A stretch of DNA of 64,000 bases from Lophium mytilinum (lineage: Eukaryota): assembly GCA_010093605.1 (NCBI GenBank), contig MU004192.1:256882-320881 (forward strand). The letters run 5' to 3'. Positions within the stretch are counted from its first letter, which is position 1, and every line of letters starts with the position of its first letter. Positions 24,511 through 35,568 of the stretch are shown here, one piece after another. Below the pieces are notes generated by a model. The model was not told the origin of the DNA, searched no databases, and saw only the letters and a program-made list of their open reading frames with translations. The position numbers and the translations under genes were made by a program.

Positions 24511-26691
24511 ATGCTCTGCGCCACTTGTGTCTCGATATTCCAAGGACCCTCCAAGGAAGGAATCCATCATCACAGCTTCGAGAACCTTGTAAAGGCAGCG
24601 GACTTGGGCTGCAAAATTTGTATTTGCTTGCATCGCCTTCGTGGAAAGCACGGCCCAGACGAAGTCGAGGAAAAGAAATGTCCATTTACCACTTTCAGCC
24701 TTCAAATTTCATGCAATGAGAATGCGCCGTTGGAATTCGAGTTCCGATCCACAGCTTCGTGGTTGCTTGCCCCGATGGAAAACAGAATTCAATTCCACAT
24801 TTCGAGGCCTGGGCCCTTACCCCACTGGTGGGCAGGATATCTTAAGGGGATCCAGCAGGACCTAATAACCGAGCCCTGGAACGTTAGAGAGGACAGTTTC
24901 AATACTAGGCCTATCCCGAAGAGCACTGGGAACGTGGAAGTGGCAGAGATTGGCCTAGCGTGGTTAAATACATGCCGGAACCATCACTCAGCATGTGAAT
25001 CCATCGATGAAACACGGCAACGGGACTACTACCCGAACAGAGTTCTTGATGTTGGAACTCTGGAGTCCCCCATCCTCCGTCTGATCACAACAAAGGTCGA
25101 ACTACCGGCTAAGGGCAATCGATATGCCACACTGAGTCATTGCTGGGGTGGCAATGCTTCATTCATTAGACTGTCAACCGAGAACATGGCTTTACTGAGC
25201 AAACAAATATCACTAGAATGTCTCCCGAAGAGCTTTACGGATGCAATAATAACTTGTCGGCGCCTTCGTATCCGATATTTATGGATCGACAGCTTATGCA
25301 TTCTACAATCTGGACCAGGGTCAGAAGAGGACTGGCAGACTCATGTTGCCGCTATGCATACTATTTACACCAACTGCGTACTGAACTTAGCTGTAGCTTG
25401 TGCCTCCAGTCCTGACCAAGGCGCTTTCGTTGATAGAAACTCCTCGTTTATCAAGACCACCTGCGTTTATGCGCCTGCCAGCATGAACTTTCACAACCGA
25501 AATGCCGATCCGAGCGATCCCCAAAGCGAAGATGAAGCAGACGGGACAGAGGAAGACAAGACAGGAAAAGCCAAGACAGACGAAACTGGGAGAGTCATTG
25601 CTAAGGACAAGCGAAAAGCACAACTTGAAGACAAAAGTCATGTTTGTAACATGGAAGAGTTTTGCCTGGCAACAATATTTACTGAGAGTTATGACTTTTC
25701 GTCCTCTCTTCATAGGCAACCCCTTTGGAAACGTGGCTGGGTGTTCCAAGAACGTCTGATGACCCCTCGAATGCTCGTATTCGGGGACGATCGAATCTAT
25801 TGGGAGTGTCATGAGCGAATACTGAACGAGTACTTGCCCACAGGCTTACCAGGCTCTGGGGAAGTACTCCAACTGCACAACCTCATACCATTCACGCTCC
25901 CAAGTATCGTCCTCCGTTCTGAACCACCACTCACCTTGACGGAGTATGAATCCTCTAGACTCTATGATGACTGGAACAATATTCTATATCACTACGCAAG
26001 AACCGATTTGACTTATCCGGAAAAGGACAAATTGGCTGCATTAGCGGCTATTGCTCAACGATTTGGTCGCGTTCTCCCTGGCAAGTATTGCGCCGGCCTA
26101 TTTGAATCTGACATTCACCTCGGTTTACTATGGTGGCAAATCGACATTTCTTGCAGGCTAGGACACTTTGCACACTCTAAGTGGACGTTTACATTCAGTT
26201 TTGATGGATACCGAAGCCCCAAATATCGTGCACCCACGTGGAGTTGGGCCAGCGTGGACACCACGTCGAGCTTGTTCGGTCCGCCTATTCACGTGCGCAA
26301 CCGCATTCCTAATCAGGTATTTCGTCGCACTCTGGCCAATGTTGAAAGCATATCAGTCGAACTAAACGAACCCCGAAACCCCTTTGGCCAGGTTCTCTCT
26401 GCCGAGCTTGTGATCAGCGGCACAATCATACATCTTTCATCCACGGATCTTGTCGACGACGACAACTCTCAAGCGCACTACCCAAACGAAAAGCTACTGG
26501 GGCTTTGCATTATAGAGGGCATGAAGCATTCAGGAAGCGTTGGGCACATTTCTTCTGAAGTATACGGTATATTCCTCACGCACGTCGGCTCCGATAAGTA
26601 CCAGCGTATGGGGTACTTCTCTTTGGTCGGACCTCAAGATAGCCGCTTTCCAACAGAAGATTATGAAAGGAAGACTATAACGATAATTTAA
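24511..26691 (+). CDS. Stand-alone HET (heterokaryon incompatibility, PF06985) domain protein, intronless
   Basis: YATLSHCWG, YLWIDSLCILQ, MHTIYTN, PLWKRGWVFQERLM, YRAPTWSWAS motifs; 726 aa. Confidence 0.92.
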   Translation: MLCATCVSIFQGPSKEGIHHHSFENLVKAADLGCKICICLHRLRGKHGPDEVEEKKCPFTTFSLQISCNENAPLEFEFRSTASWLLAPMENRIQFHISRPGPLPHWWAGYLKGIQQDLITEPWNVREDSFNTRPIPKSTGNVEVAEIGLAWLNTCRNHHSACESIDETRQRDYYPNRVLDVGTLESPILRLITTKVELPAKGNRYATLSHCWGGNASFIRLSTENMALLSKQISLECLPKSFTDAIITCRRLRIRYLWIDSLCILQSGPGSEEDWQTHVAAMHTIYTNCVLNLAVACASSPDQGAFVDRNSSFIKTTCVYAPASMNFHNRNADPSDPQSEDEADGTEEDKTGKAKTDETGRVIAKDKRKAQLEDKSHVCNMEEFCLATIFTESYDFSSSLHRQPLWKRGWVFQERLMTPRMLVFGDDRIYWECHERILNEYLPTGLPGSGEVLQLHNLIPFTLPSIVLRSEPPLTLTEYESSRLYDDWNNILYHYARTDLTYPEKDKLAALAAIAQRFGRVLPGKYCAGLFESDIHLGLLWWQIDISCRLGHFAHSKWTFTFSFDGYRSPKYRAPTWSWASVDTTSSLFGPPIHVRNRIPNQVFRRTLANVESISVELNEPRNPFGQVLSAELVISGTIIHLSSTDLVDDDNSQAHYPNEKLLGLCIIEGMKHSGSVGHISSEVYGIFLTHVGSDKYQRMGYFSLVGPQDSRFPTEDYERKTITII

Positions 26692-27295
26692 GCGGAAATA
26701 TGTTTTTGGTGGATAGGATATCTAGACTTGTTGATAGGAAGCGAGTCGCTGTTGCAAGGGAGTTCTAATAATGCTCTCTCACTAAACATCGTGTTACCTT
26801 TCTATATCAGCCCGATGTGCACATTTCCCAACCACCGCTTCTGACGTGACTTTGCGCTGCTGTGGCTGAGGGCGGCTTAGGTCAGGTCTGCTCATCCCGT
26901 CCTAGCTCACTGGCTACGGCGCAGTCTCAGATATACCTATTAGAGTTGTCAAGATTCAGCAGCATATGCAGACTTGGGAATCGCTCAAACGCTAGGGCTA
27001 TTCAGAAGGCAGCAGTCCAGTACAGGATATATCTACCTATGTCTATACTTGTCCAACGTCCGCCTTTTCTTCCTACCCGTTTACCCAACACTGCAATGCA
27101 AGTCCTGCACACCACAACCACAATCACGAAGCCATCCCCAACTCTTACTGGTGCAGAACCTTTCCATCTTGAACACCAAATATCCGGTTCCACCCGCCCC
27201 ACTCCACAGCCCGCGAGCTACTTCCGTGCGCCAGCTCCCACGAAAAAGAAATTTCAGAGCTCACTCCTATTAAATCACAACCATCACAAGCCCAA

Positions 27296-27538
27296 ATGTC
27301 CACTATAGAAGAGACAACCAAATGGCTAAGCCGCCACCCCGAAGTACTTGTCGGTCGCGACGCGCTCGAGCAAGCACGAGACAGCGTCGCCAACCCCGGC
27401 GACACCTTCGACATCGTCAACAAGCCTCTGCCAGACGTGGTTCTGATCCAGCAGTTTGATGCAGACACCAAAAAGCGCATGTGGGCGGTGGCGCTGATCA
27501 ATGACGAGAAGGCCGAGGCGTATTGCGCGCAGAGGTAG
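27296..27538 (+). CDS. Small hypothetical protein (~80 aa)
   Basis: Good start context (CCCAAATGT), TATA-like TATTAAA ~27268, coding-like codon use; no family recognised; a possible GT donor at the 3' end makes the C-terminus uncertain. Confidence 0.4.
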   Translation: MSTIEETTKWLSRHPEVLVGRDALEQARDSVANPGDTFDIVNKPLPDVVLIQQFDADTKKRMWAVALINDEKAEAYCAQR

Positions 27539-27985
27539 GACGGCGAGCAGGAGAACTGCTAGGCGTGTGAAGGCTTGAAGGAGCAAGAGCCTGATGGTTA
27601 CCTCTTTAGCGCTGCGCCTCAGGAGGTTGAGCACGAACACTAGGAGTGGCGCCGCGAGAACTTGGGTGTATCGTGAATGTAACGCCTAAGAAGGAAACCT
27701 ATCGGTTAATACACTTACTAGTAGCGAGAAGAGATTGCTTTGGTAGGGTATAGAGGTGATTTTCCTGGGGTGATAGGATTTTATTATCACCCTCTTATTA
27801 GAAGTATGTTCACAATCCATCTTTATTCAACTTCGAAGCGATGGCGCTAGTTCAAATGTCCCTAGATAGATGTACAGTAAAGCATTGTAAGTTACAGTAA
27901 AGACACTGACATGCTGTTAGACAGCGCCTCCATCTCGCGGATTGGAACAAGCAAACATTAGTCCTAATATATGCCATGTCCTAAT

Positions 27986-29718
27986 CTACCCTAGATTCGT
28001 ATAGGACTGTCCACAAGGGCCCGCCATGTTCCCCGTGCTTCTGAACGCTGGACTAGTATCCGGCCCATAGCTCAGTCCATTGAACGTGCCAACGGGGCAT
28101 GAGTCCGTGACGCCCACTTGCGACCCTGCGGCGGTGTTCGTAGCTACACTAACTACACATCCTTCATAGCTATAGAAGTATGCTGAAACGCAGTTCGCTA
28201 CTCCGAAGAAGCAGGTATTGCAGCAAGCCTGCACAGAATGCCCTTGTGGTGTGGCAAGGCCATACAACTGGTTTGCGATTCTGAGATTGGTCGAGGTGGT
28301 GGCATCTCCATACGTGGGTCCTTGATAGTTGGTGATTGGCGTTGCGCAGGCTGGAAGGGGTATTTGTCAGTACATTTATGTATCGGCGCGAAGAGGCAGC
28401 TTACGGTAGACAGTTGTGGTCGTAGTTGGGCTGGTATACACGGTGTCTGTCGCTGTCGTCGTAACTTCTGTTGTTGTGGGAAGTAGACTCAAGCATTCAC
28501 AGGATGCTGTTATGTCAGGCGTCGACGTTGGTGTTGGGCTGGGTGACGTGCTGCTGCTTTCTGGGGCAGTCGTAGTACTTAGGATAGTTGAACTACTTCC
28601 AGAGCTCTCTGATGTTGTGGTGATGCTCTCGAAAGCTGTGCTGGAGCTCTCGGTAGTAGATGGTGTGTTTTCAGGAGTTAATGAAGTGGTGTCGACAGTA
28701 GAAGAGGAGCTCTCGACAACGTTGCTTGAGCTTGAGCTGGAACTCTCCGAAGCAGAAGAGGAGCTTTCAAGAGTAGAGGTCACACTGGATTCCGGGGTGC
28801 TTGAAGAGCTGCTTGACTGCGCAACAACCGAGATGGTCGTAGAGGATGACGCGGATGATGTAGCTGAAGAAGATGAACTAGATGCGGAGATTGATGCTGA
28901 TAAAGACAAAGTTGACGAAACCACGGTAGATGAGATCACAGGAGTTGAGACCGGGGTAGACGAAGCCACAGTATGTGAAACCAGGGAATTTGGGGCAATT
29001 GTGGACTTAGAACTGCTCGCGTATGGTTTTTCTGTAGATTTAGTGCATGAGGTGGTACCATGATGCGACGTAAACGATGATTTAGAAGGGCTTTGAGAGC
29101 TCGACTTCTGCGTGGAAAACGTGCTCTTGCTTGTATGACGAGAAGACGGGGTGTGTATAGGTGTCGAAACCGCCTTCTTGAGCGTGCAGCTCGACTCTCG
29201 CGTGGAAAATGTACTCTTGCTTGTATGGTGAGAAGAAGGGGTGTGAATAGGTGTTGGAGCCGCCTTCTTGAGCGTACAGCTTGTACTTGATTTCTTGATT
29301 CCAGATGATTTATGCGTGCTGATGTATTTCTTGTACGACGGCGCTTTCGTGCTCTTACTCTCGGTGCATATGGAGGTGTGAGAAGGAACCGCTCTGCCAG
29401 CTATAGTCGGTGGGGGGTTCCCTGGCAGAAACACATAGCTGGTGCTCGTAACAGCGCCTGCAGAGGGCGAGGTGACGGTTGTTGTACTTTGCCGTAGGTT
29501 AGGTAATTATACAATAAGATTCGGGGTCATGGGGGGTACCTCGTCGTCGTAGTTGTGGTGTCAGAGACGCTGAGCAGGGTTGAACAATACTGAACGGGGT
29601 CTCCAATAGAGAACGGGGAAAAATCACAGAAGCTTTGTCGTCGCTGTCGAGTGATCGGGGATGTCAAAGCGAATGAGCCAAAAAGGACAGTGGCTGCAAT
29701 GAAAGTTAGGGGAACCAT
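27986..29718 (-). CDS. Secreted Ser/Thr-rich (mucin-like) protein with Cys-rich C-terminal domain
   Basis: Exons 29718-29540, 29486-28405, 28350-27986; signal peptide MVPLTFIAATVLFGSFALT, RQRR processing-like site, long S/T stalk, C-terminal ACCNTCFFGVANC...GC...CP...PCG. Confidence 0.8.
29098..29281. repeat. 90-bp (30-aa) tandem duplication inside the S/T-rich gene
   Basis: AGCTCGAC...GCCTTCTTGAGCGT at 29098 and 29188; encodes SCTLKKA(A/V)xTPIHTPSSxHTSKSTFST twice. Confidence 0.9.
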
Positions 29719-30907
29719 AACGAATGTGGTGGTAAAGCTACCGAAAGAGTGACGGAGAAGCGAGTGACGAAAAGAACGAGACGCTGTCAACAAGAATCGC
29801 AAACGATCAAAAGTAGGAGAGTGGGAAGAACGCGACTATTAGTTATTCTGTGATAAAGGGTTACGCTAAATAGGGTACCTAGTGATCTACCGCCGCCATA
29901 GCGTCAAGAAGCATCTCGACCACATCACTGGCACAGGCCACACAATAGTGCAACCTCATCAAATTCTAGTGTACCCCCAATCGAATACAAGAATGCAGCG
30001 GTGACTGCTACGTTTTCGGGCAAAGAGAGATTGTTGTGAGGCAAACCCAATTGCTTGATCGCGACCTTGTTCTATAAAGAAAACGAACAACGTACGCAGG
30101 CTTGTAGATGCGATCACTGTACCCAGAGAGTGCCTTGGGTCAAAAGCTTCTTTTTTCAAGCATCGGCGCCATGGTGATCCTTTTTGCTGAGCCTACACCA
30201 TTTTTGACATCTGTCAGTCCACTTTGGGACGAACCCCTGACTAGTCATGCAAGTCAATAAGCCTAGAACGCGGCTCAGCTACGCCACTGCGCCTCCAGAT
30301 CAAGCCCGATCTATACTCATAAATTCGTAGGAGATGCATACGGCCTCTTCTCAATCCCGGTGGTTTTAGGGGCTTAATGCGTCACTCGTATAGAGTCGTC
30401 GTATCGTTAGGGCTGGATTTCCTAGAGTGCGATCTGCTGAAAGCCACTCATTAGGCGCTATTATTCTTGCTAACTTCACCAAAAGAAAGCGGCACAATCG
30501 CTACCAGATTATCGAGGTGCTTCACGGAAGCTTTCCCACCAATTTGCTAAAAACGCCATGTCGCATTACTCTTCAAAGAACACCTCCATCCTGGAATCAT
30601 GGTGGAGGGTTAGAGTTTTTGGGAGGCTTTCTTTCTAAAGCCTTAGGTATATAGCGGAAGGAACCACTGACAGCGATCTAGCATAAGAGATGGCTGCGAT
30701 AGATACGAGATCACGCCGACCAAACGTAGATTAGCCTTAAGCTATGTTCTGTTACAGTAAGTTTACTCAAGAATCGGGGCCCCAAGATTGGAATCTAGCA
30801 AGAGCATGAGCAGCTCACTTCTCTGAACGGGAAAGGAAATTGGTTGGGCGCACACCGGGATATCATACTGTCTGTTATGAATTGGCGGAACTCGAAGGTA
30901 TTACATG

Positions 30908-32311
30908 CTACTCTCCGTCTCCTCCATCTGCTCCCGAACCTGCATCTGCCGGATCCGCCTGAGGGTCAGTATTCTTCCCAAACATACCGCCAAAGAAATT
31001 CGAAATCGTCTCACCACTCCCAAACGGGCTGGGGATAGGCACCCCCAACAACACCGCCGTCGTAACCGGAAAGATAATCTTCAGCGCCGCAAAGAGATAT
31101 TTGCTCGTGCCCTTGGCCCTCCTCCCCTTCTTCGAGCCCTCAGCCCCAGCACCACCATGGCCGCCTCCACCACCCCCATCCTCAGCCAGCACGGGCGACT
31201 GCGCCAGCTCCGCAATCTTCCGCTCAAGCAACTCCCTCTCCTCGAGCCTGATTTTCCCCTCGTTAGCTCGGACGAGCGCGACGGCCTGATCGAAGCTGAG
31301 TTCTCGCACCTTGGCCTGCCGCTGCATCTCGAGTTGCATTTCGCGGATGCGCGCCTCGAAGTCGTTTTCCATACGGCGCTTTTCCGCGCGGCGGTCGTAG
31401 CGCAGCTGCTCCTGCTGGCGGTGCACCTTGGAGAGCTCTTTGTCGAGCTTGCGCTGCTGCTCGTCGAGGATCTGCTGCATTTCCTCGTCGTGGTCTTTGA
31501 GCGCTTCTTGCATCTCCTGCTGGATCTTGGAGAGCTCTTCGGCGTGCTTTTCCGCCAGGCGCACGAGCTCTTCGTTGACGGTTTGGCCGGCGGCCGTGTC
31601 GATGAGCGATTTGTCTTCTTCGACGAGCTCGCGCTGGATCTTTAAGGTTACGGGGGCTTTTTGGAGGAGGGTGGAGACGATGTCTAGGGCGGATCTGCGT
31701 TCAGTGAGTCGTTTCATCGTCGAGCCTCGCGATATCATGCTGCCCCAGAAGTCTGGGGTAGTGCGGAGCTCCTCTTCTCTTTTCTCAGCCACATCCTGGT
31801 TCACTTCGCCCCAGAATGTTGTCGCGAGTATTACATTCTTGAGAGGTTCATTACCACAAAGTTGTCGAAACATCTTGAGATTTCGCAAGGCTGAGCCTTC
31901 CATGCGGACATTGACGAGACTGTGGAGATAGATAACGCCATTAAGTCGGGTATCTCCTTCGTAGGACTGTTTCAGCCATTTTGCAATGTCCTGGAGGACT
32001 TCGGTCTCGCTCTTGTTGGTGTCGTTAAAGCCCGGGGTATCGACCAAGTTTATGTTGTATCCATTGTAGTGGAAAGAGTAGCCCATTATCTCGGAAGTAC
32101 CTGCAGGCATTAGACACCTTGAGCGCAGCATCTTAGGGCTCGTATACTTACAGGATTGGAGATCATGGCCCACTTCAATATTCTGATTACCGCTGACAAG
32201 CTTGATAAAGCTGCTTTTTCCCGACCCAGTCACCCCCATCACGGCAATGAATGCCCATGGAGCGCCATCTACGGGCTCCTGGCTGAAGAATTGATCTGCT
32301 GGTAGTATCAT
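30908..32311 (-). CDS. AIG1/GIMAP-like P-loop GTPase with long coiled coil and hydrophobic C-terminal segment
   Basis: G1 IAVMGVTGSGKSS, G2 SCT (after removing 51-nt intron 32151-32101), G3 LVDTPGFND, LNGVIYLH, ATTFW; coiled coil; Gly linker; KYLFAALKIIFPVTTAVLLGVPIP; ATG at 32311. Confidence 0.88.
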   Translation of the reverse strand: MILPADQFFSQEPVDGAPWAFIAVMGVTGSGKSSFIKLVSGNQNIEVGHDLQSCKYTSPKMLRSRCLMPAGTSEIMGYSFHYNGYNINLVDTPGFNDTNKSETEVLQDIAKWLKQSYEGDTRLNGVIYLHSLVNVRMEGSALRNLKMFRQLCGNEPLKNVILATTFWGEVNQDVAEKREEELRTTPDFWGSMISRGSTMKRLTERRSALDIVSTLLQKAPVTLKIQRELVEEDKSLIDTAAGQTVNEELVRLAEKHAEELSKIQQEMQEALKDHDEEMQQILDEQQRKLDKELSKVHRQQEQLRYDRRAEKRRMENDFEARIREMQLEMQRQAKVRELSFDQAVALVRANEGKIRLEERELLERKIAELAQSPVLAEDGGGGGGHGGAGAEGSKKGRRAKGTSKYLFAALKIIFPVTTAVLLGVPIPSPFGSGETISNFFGGMFGKNTDPQADPADAGSGADGGDGE

Positions 32312-32805
32312 ATTTGAAGCCTTTCTTGAAGTTTCCGAACACCGACAGTCTCGCACGATTTTTAATAAAGCACGCAGCGCTCCGCCAAGCACTGCAGTGG
32401 CTATGCCGTGGAAGTTTCATGCACGTCGCGAGGCGTGACTGTCGCCTCCTCGTGATTGAGGCTGATGATTGATGTTGGGCTAGGCTGTCACAAGGCAACA
32501 AGGCGCCGAGACTTCGGATGTGACAGTTTGCTATCGTGCATTGCATTGCAGGCTGGCGGCCAATAGCTTCGCATTAGCTCCGAGGCTATGCATGGCTAGC
32601 CTGGCGAATGCTGCACTTCGCCATTAGGCGCGCCCGGGGGGCAAAAGACGCCCTTTTAGTGCCCCGGTTTGCTGGCTGCAGTGTTTTGTGCGAGTACAGC
32701 CAGGCCCAGATCGATTGGGGCAGGATTGCCAGAGAGCGCTAGCTGTTACACCAGGCATTCAGCGTCAGGAAGTAAAACAATGAACGTTGTGTATGAGAAA
32801 CCCTG

Positions 32806-34629
32806 CTAATGTTTCCACCCAGGCGGTTCGCCCATCCAACAAATAGCCTTCTTGAGCACGCTGCGAACCTCGTAATCGCCGTCGTCGTTTCCACGACTGA
32901 CCACAGCAGGATGCGTGACAACCAAGATGGGGAGTCCATCTAATCGCGCCGGGTTGTCGTTCAAATGCTTGTTATGAAGCTGATGAGCTTCAAGCAGCGG
33001 GTGGTTGTGTTTGAACACCTCTGGCAAATCTCCCTTGAACCTGCATTCAAGATCCCGCTTTTGTACCCATAGAGAGAACGATATCTGTGCTGCCCGTTTG
33101 GCAAACGAATGGAGGAGCTTCTCCGCAGCATCGCACCGAGGGCTCGTCATCAAGGGCTCAATGCCCGTCTGAAGGAACTCATCGCATACTACGATAGCGG
33201 CATTGTCTCGCGCTTCTTCGGTCCTCTTGTTTGTCTCCGCAGCGGCCTGTGGAGCCTTCTGACTTGAATTCGACGCAGGAGCGAGCAATCTCAATGTTTG
33301 AGCCCGCCATGCAAATGCCTCTTTCTTATCGACTGCCCATTCATTAGCATTCTGCCACCTGCTCAGTTGAAAGCTAACGGGGCATACCTTCTCGAAGCTC
33401 GTCGTAAAGCGTACTTAGCTCCGCAGCAATACTAGCACTTCTGGCATCATCGCCCTTGGCAGGCTTCACGTTAGAGAGCCTCTCGCCAATGAAGAAGAAC
33501 GGCTCCTCAAAGATTTCTGTATAGAGCTTGTGAAGAAGCCGAGCCTGCAAGAGCATCCACGATCTATCGTCTCCGACTCGAGGTGGAACTTTGCCGTGTT
33601 CAAGTCTAACCACGCAATCCAGGCAGCCCATCAAATTTGCTCTTTCATCTGGGGTCAACGCGACTCTAGACAGCAATGGAACTGCATAGGTCTTTGCCCA
33701 AGCCTTGATATCGAAGTCCAGACTCTTCAACTTACGACTAATGTCCTCGTTGGACTCGGGCATCCACTCCGCAGAGTCAATTTGACGAAATGCCCTCTCC
33801 TGCACTCTTCGAAACTTCTCTGCTTGTTGCTCCTGCTGGTCGGCCATTTGATTCATTTCCGCGCGAGCGAGCTCGAATTCGCGCTTCCAAGTTTGGGCTT
33901 CTTTGTTATATGTCACAGCTTGACTCTTCCATGCTTGAGCATCCTTGGACGTTTCATTCAGGCGTCGCTTCAATTCTTTGATGGTCGTCTCGTAATCGGG
34001 CTTGATCATTCGTCTCGGATCGTACCAGCTCGTCCCTTGGTCATGTGACGCTGCTGCCATTGCCGCTATTTGGGCTTCTCTATCAATATCGCTCGTCAAC
34101 TTTGAGGCATTTCCCGAATTTGCCAATTCGGACTTTGACAGTGGTCTTGGCGATGACATAGAGGCATTTGTTGTACTGGAAGTTCTGGTAGGCACACTAG
34201 AGGCGACATTTTGGGAAGGGGCCGGCTTAGACACCTTTCCCGAAGTCGGCCTTGACGAGCTTATAGATTTGAATTGCACATTGCCGTCTATAGATGCTGA
34301 GTTGGTCCGAGATACGGTTTTGATTGATTCCTTGGGTGCAACCTAAAATTGCATGAGCGGTAGTAGGCATGGAAAACTTGGCAATCTTACTTTGTGAATC
34401 TCATCATTTTCGAGTGCTTCCTCTACCTTTGAATTCGGCGTTTCCTGGTAAATTATGTTAGCCGCCCAATTCATTCTAATACTGATATAGAAAGAGCTGT
34501 ATATATGATCGGACCCTTGGCAGTCTCCGTCTCCGGTGAAAGTGAAGTACTGAACGAGAATTGAAGCTTGTCCATAGCATGAGACATGTCACCAACCTCT
34601 TCTCCATTTTCTAACTTTTCGCCGGACAT
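32806..34629 (-). CDS. Coiled-coil protein with GrpE/MIEAP-like C-terminal domain, multi-exon (5' end approximate)
   Basis: Exons include 34444-34391, 34342-33388, 33332-32806; S/T/P-rich N-terminus, coiled coil, AFAWRAQTLRLL, C-terminal FKHNHPLLEAH...ILVVTHPAVVSRG...VLKKAICWMG. First exon junction not resolved. Confidence 0.75.
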
Positions 34630-35568
34630 TTTGGCTTCAGCATCCATCAACAGCTTCAATCCTTGAACCGCACACCCGTCAAACTCCAAAATGCTTCAGT
34701 TTGTCAATCTTTGCTTTGTAATGGGGCCAAAGAGCGGCTAGATATATGAAGCAGATGACACTCAAGAGCCCGAGGGCATATACACAGTTTGGACTTTTCA
34801 GGTCAGCTGCGGAGTCCGTGCGATCAATGTTAATGATCGTCGAAGTCTGACGAGGTGGATTTATGAGGTACAGTTACGAACCAGGCTTAATGGAAAGTCA
34901 AGAAAATGAACGGTGCGCTGCGCCGCCTGCTGCGGAACGTTATCTGTAACGCTCTAGAATGTTCCCAATGAGTTATGGGGCCAGTGTCGGTCGAGTCTCG
35001 GGTATATGGGGCATATATGGCACGATAGGCTGCTCCTGGTGGACTCGAGACGCCTGCGCAGTGTCAAACTGCATAAGTGCTGTGTCGCGCGAGCCCAGGT
35101 GGTTGGGGGCGAACGTCGGCGTTCACAAGGCTGAAATTGTGACATGCTCTACTCGTGCAGCATGCAATGAACCCAGAATGGACGACGGGCGCATATTGCG
35201 ACTTTATCATGCAGGCTCGCTGCAACGCTGTCCAATGGAAATTTACTGGATGGCCCCAAGGTTTCCTTGGTGTTTCTGGTGGAGGCGGAGCTGGTTGGGG
35301 CGCGGTCGTTTGCAGCAGCTAGAGTCTAGCGAGTCCAAGGCTCTGCAGCGACCAGCGACCGCGCCTGGGTTCCAGATTTTGTGTTATCCAGGCGATACCC
35401 TCGGCCATGCTTGGTGATGGCCGAGTGATCCATCGAGGCTGACATCCTAGGCGTGCACAAGTTTGTCTTTTATTCGCAGGGCGTTGGAAAATACTTATCT
35501 GATCCGTTCCCTCTCGCTCCACTAGTGGCTGGAACAGAGCATTCGAGAGATACTCGAGAGGACTATCG

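Noticed and set aside
28416..29063. 215-aa Val/Glu/Leu-rich plus-strand ORF
   Set aside because: Antisense shadow of the Ser/Thr-rich exon.
30905..31931. Long plus-strand ORFs (246 and 167 aa)
   Set aside because: Antisense shadows of the GC-rich GTPase coiled-coil region.
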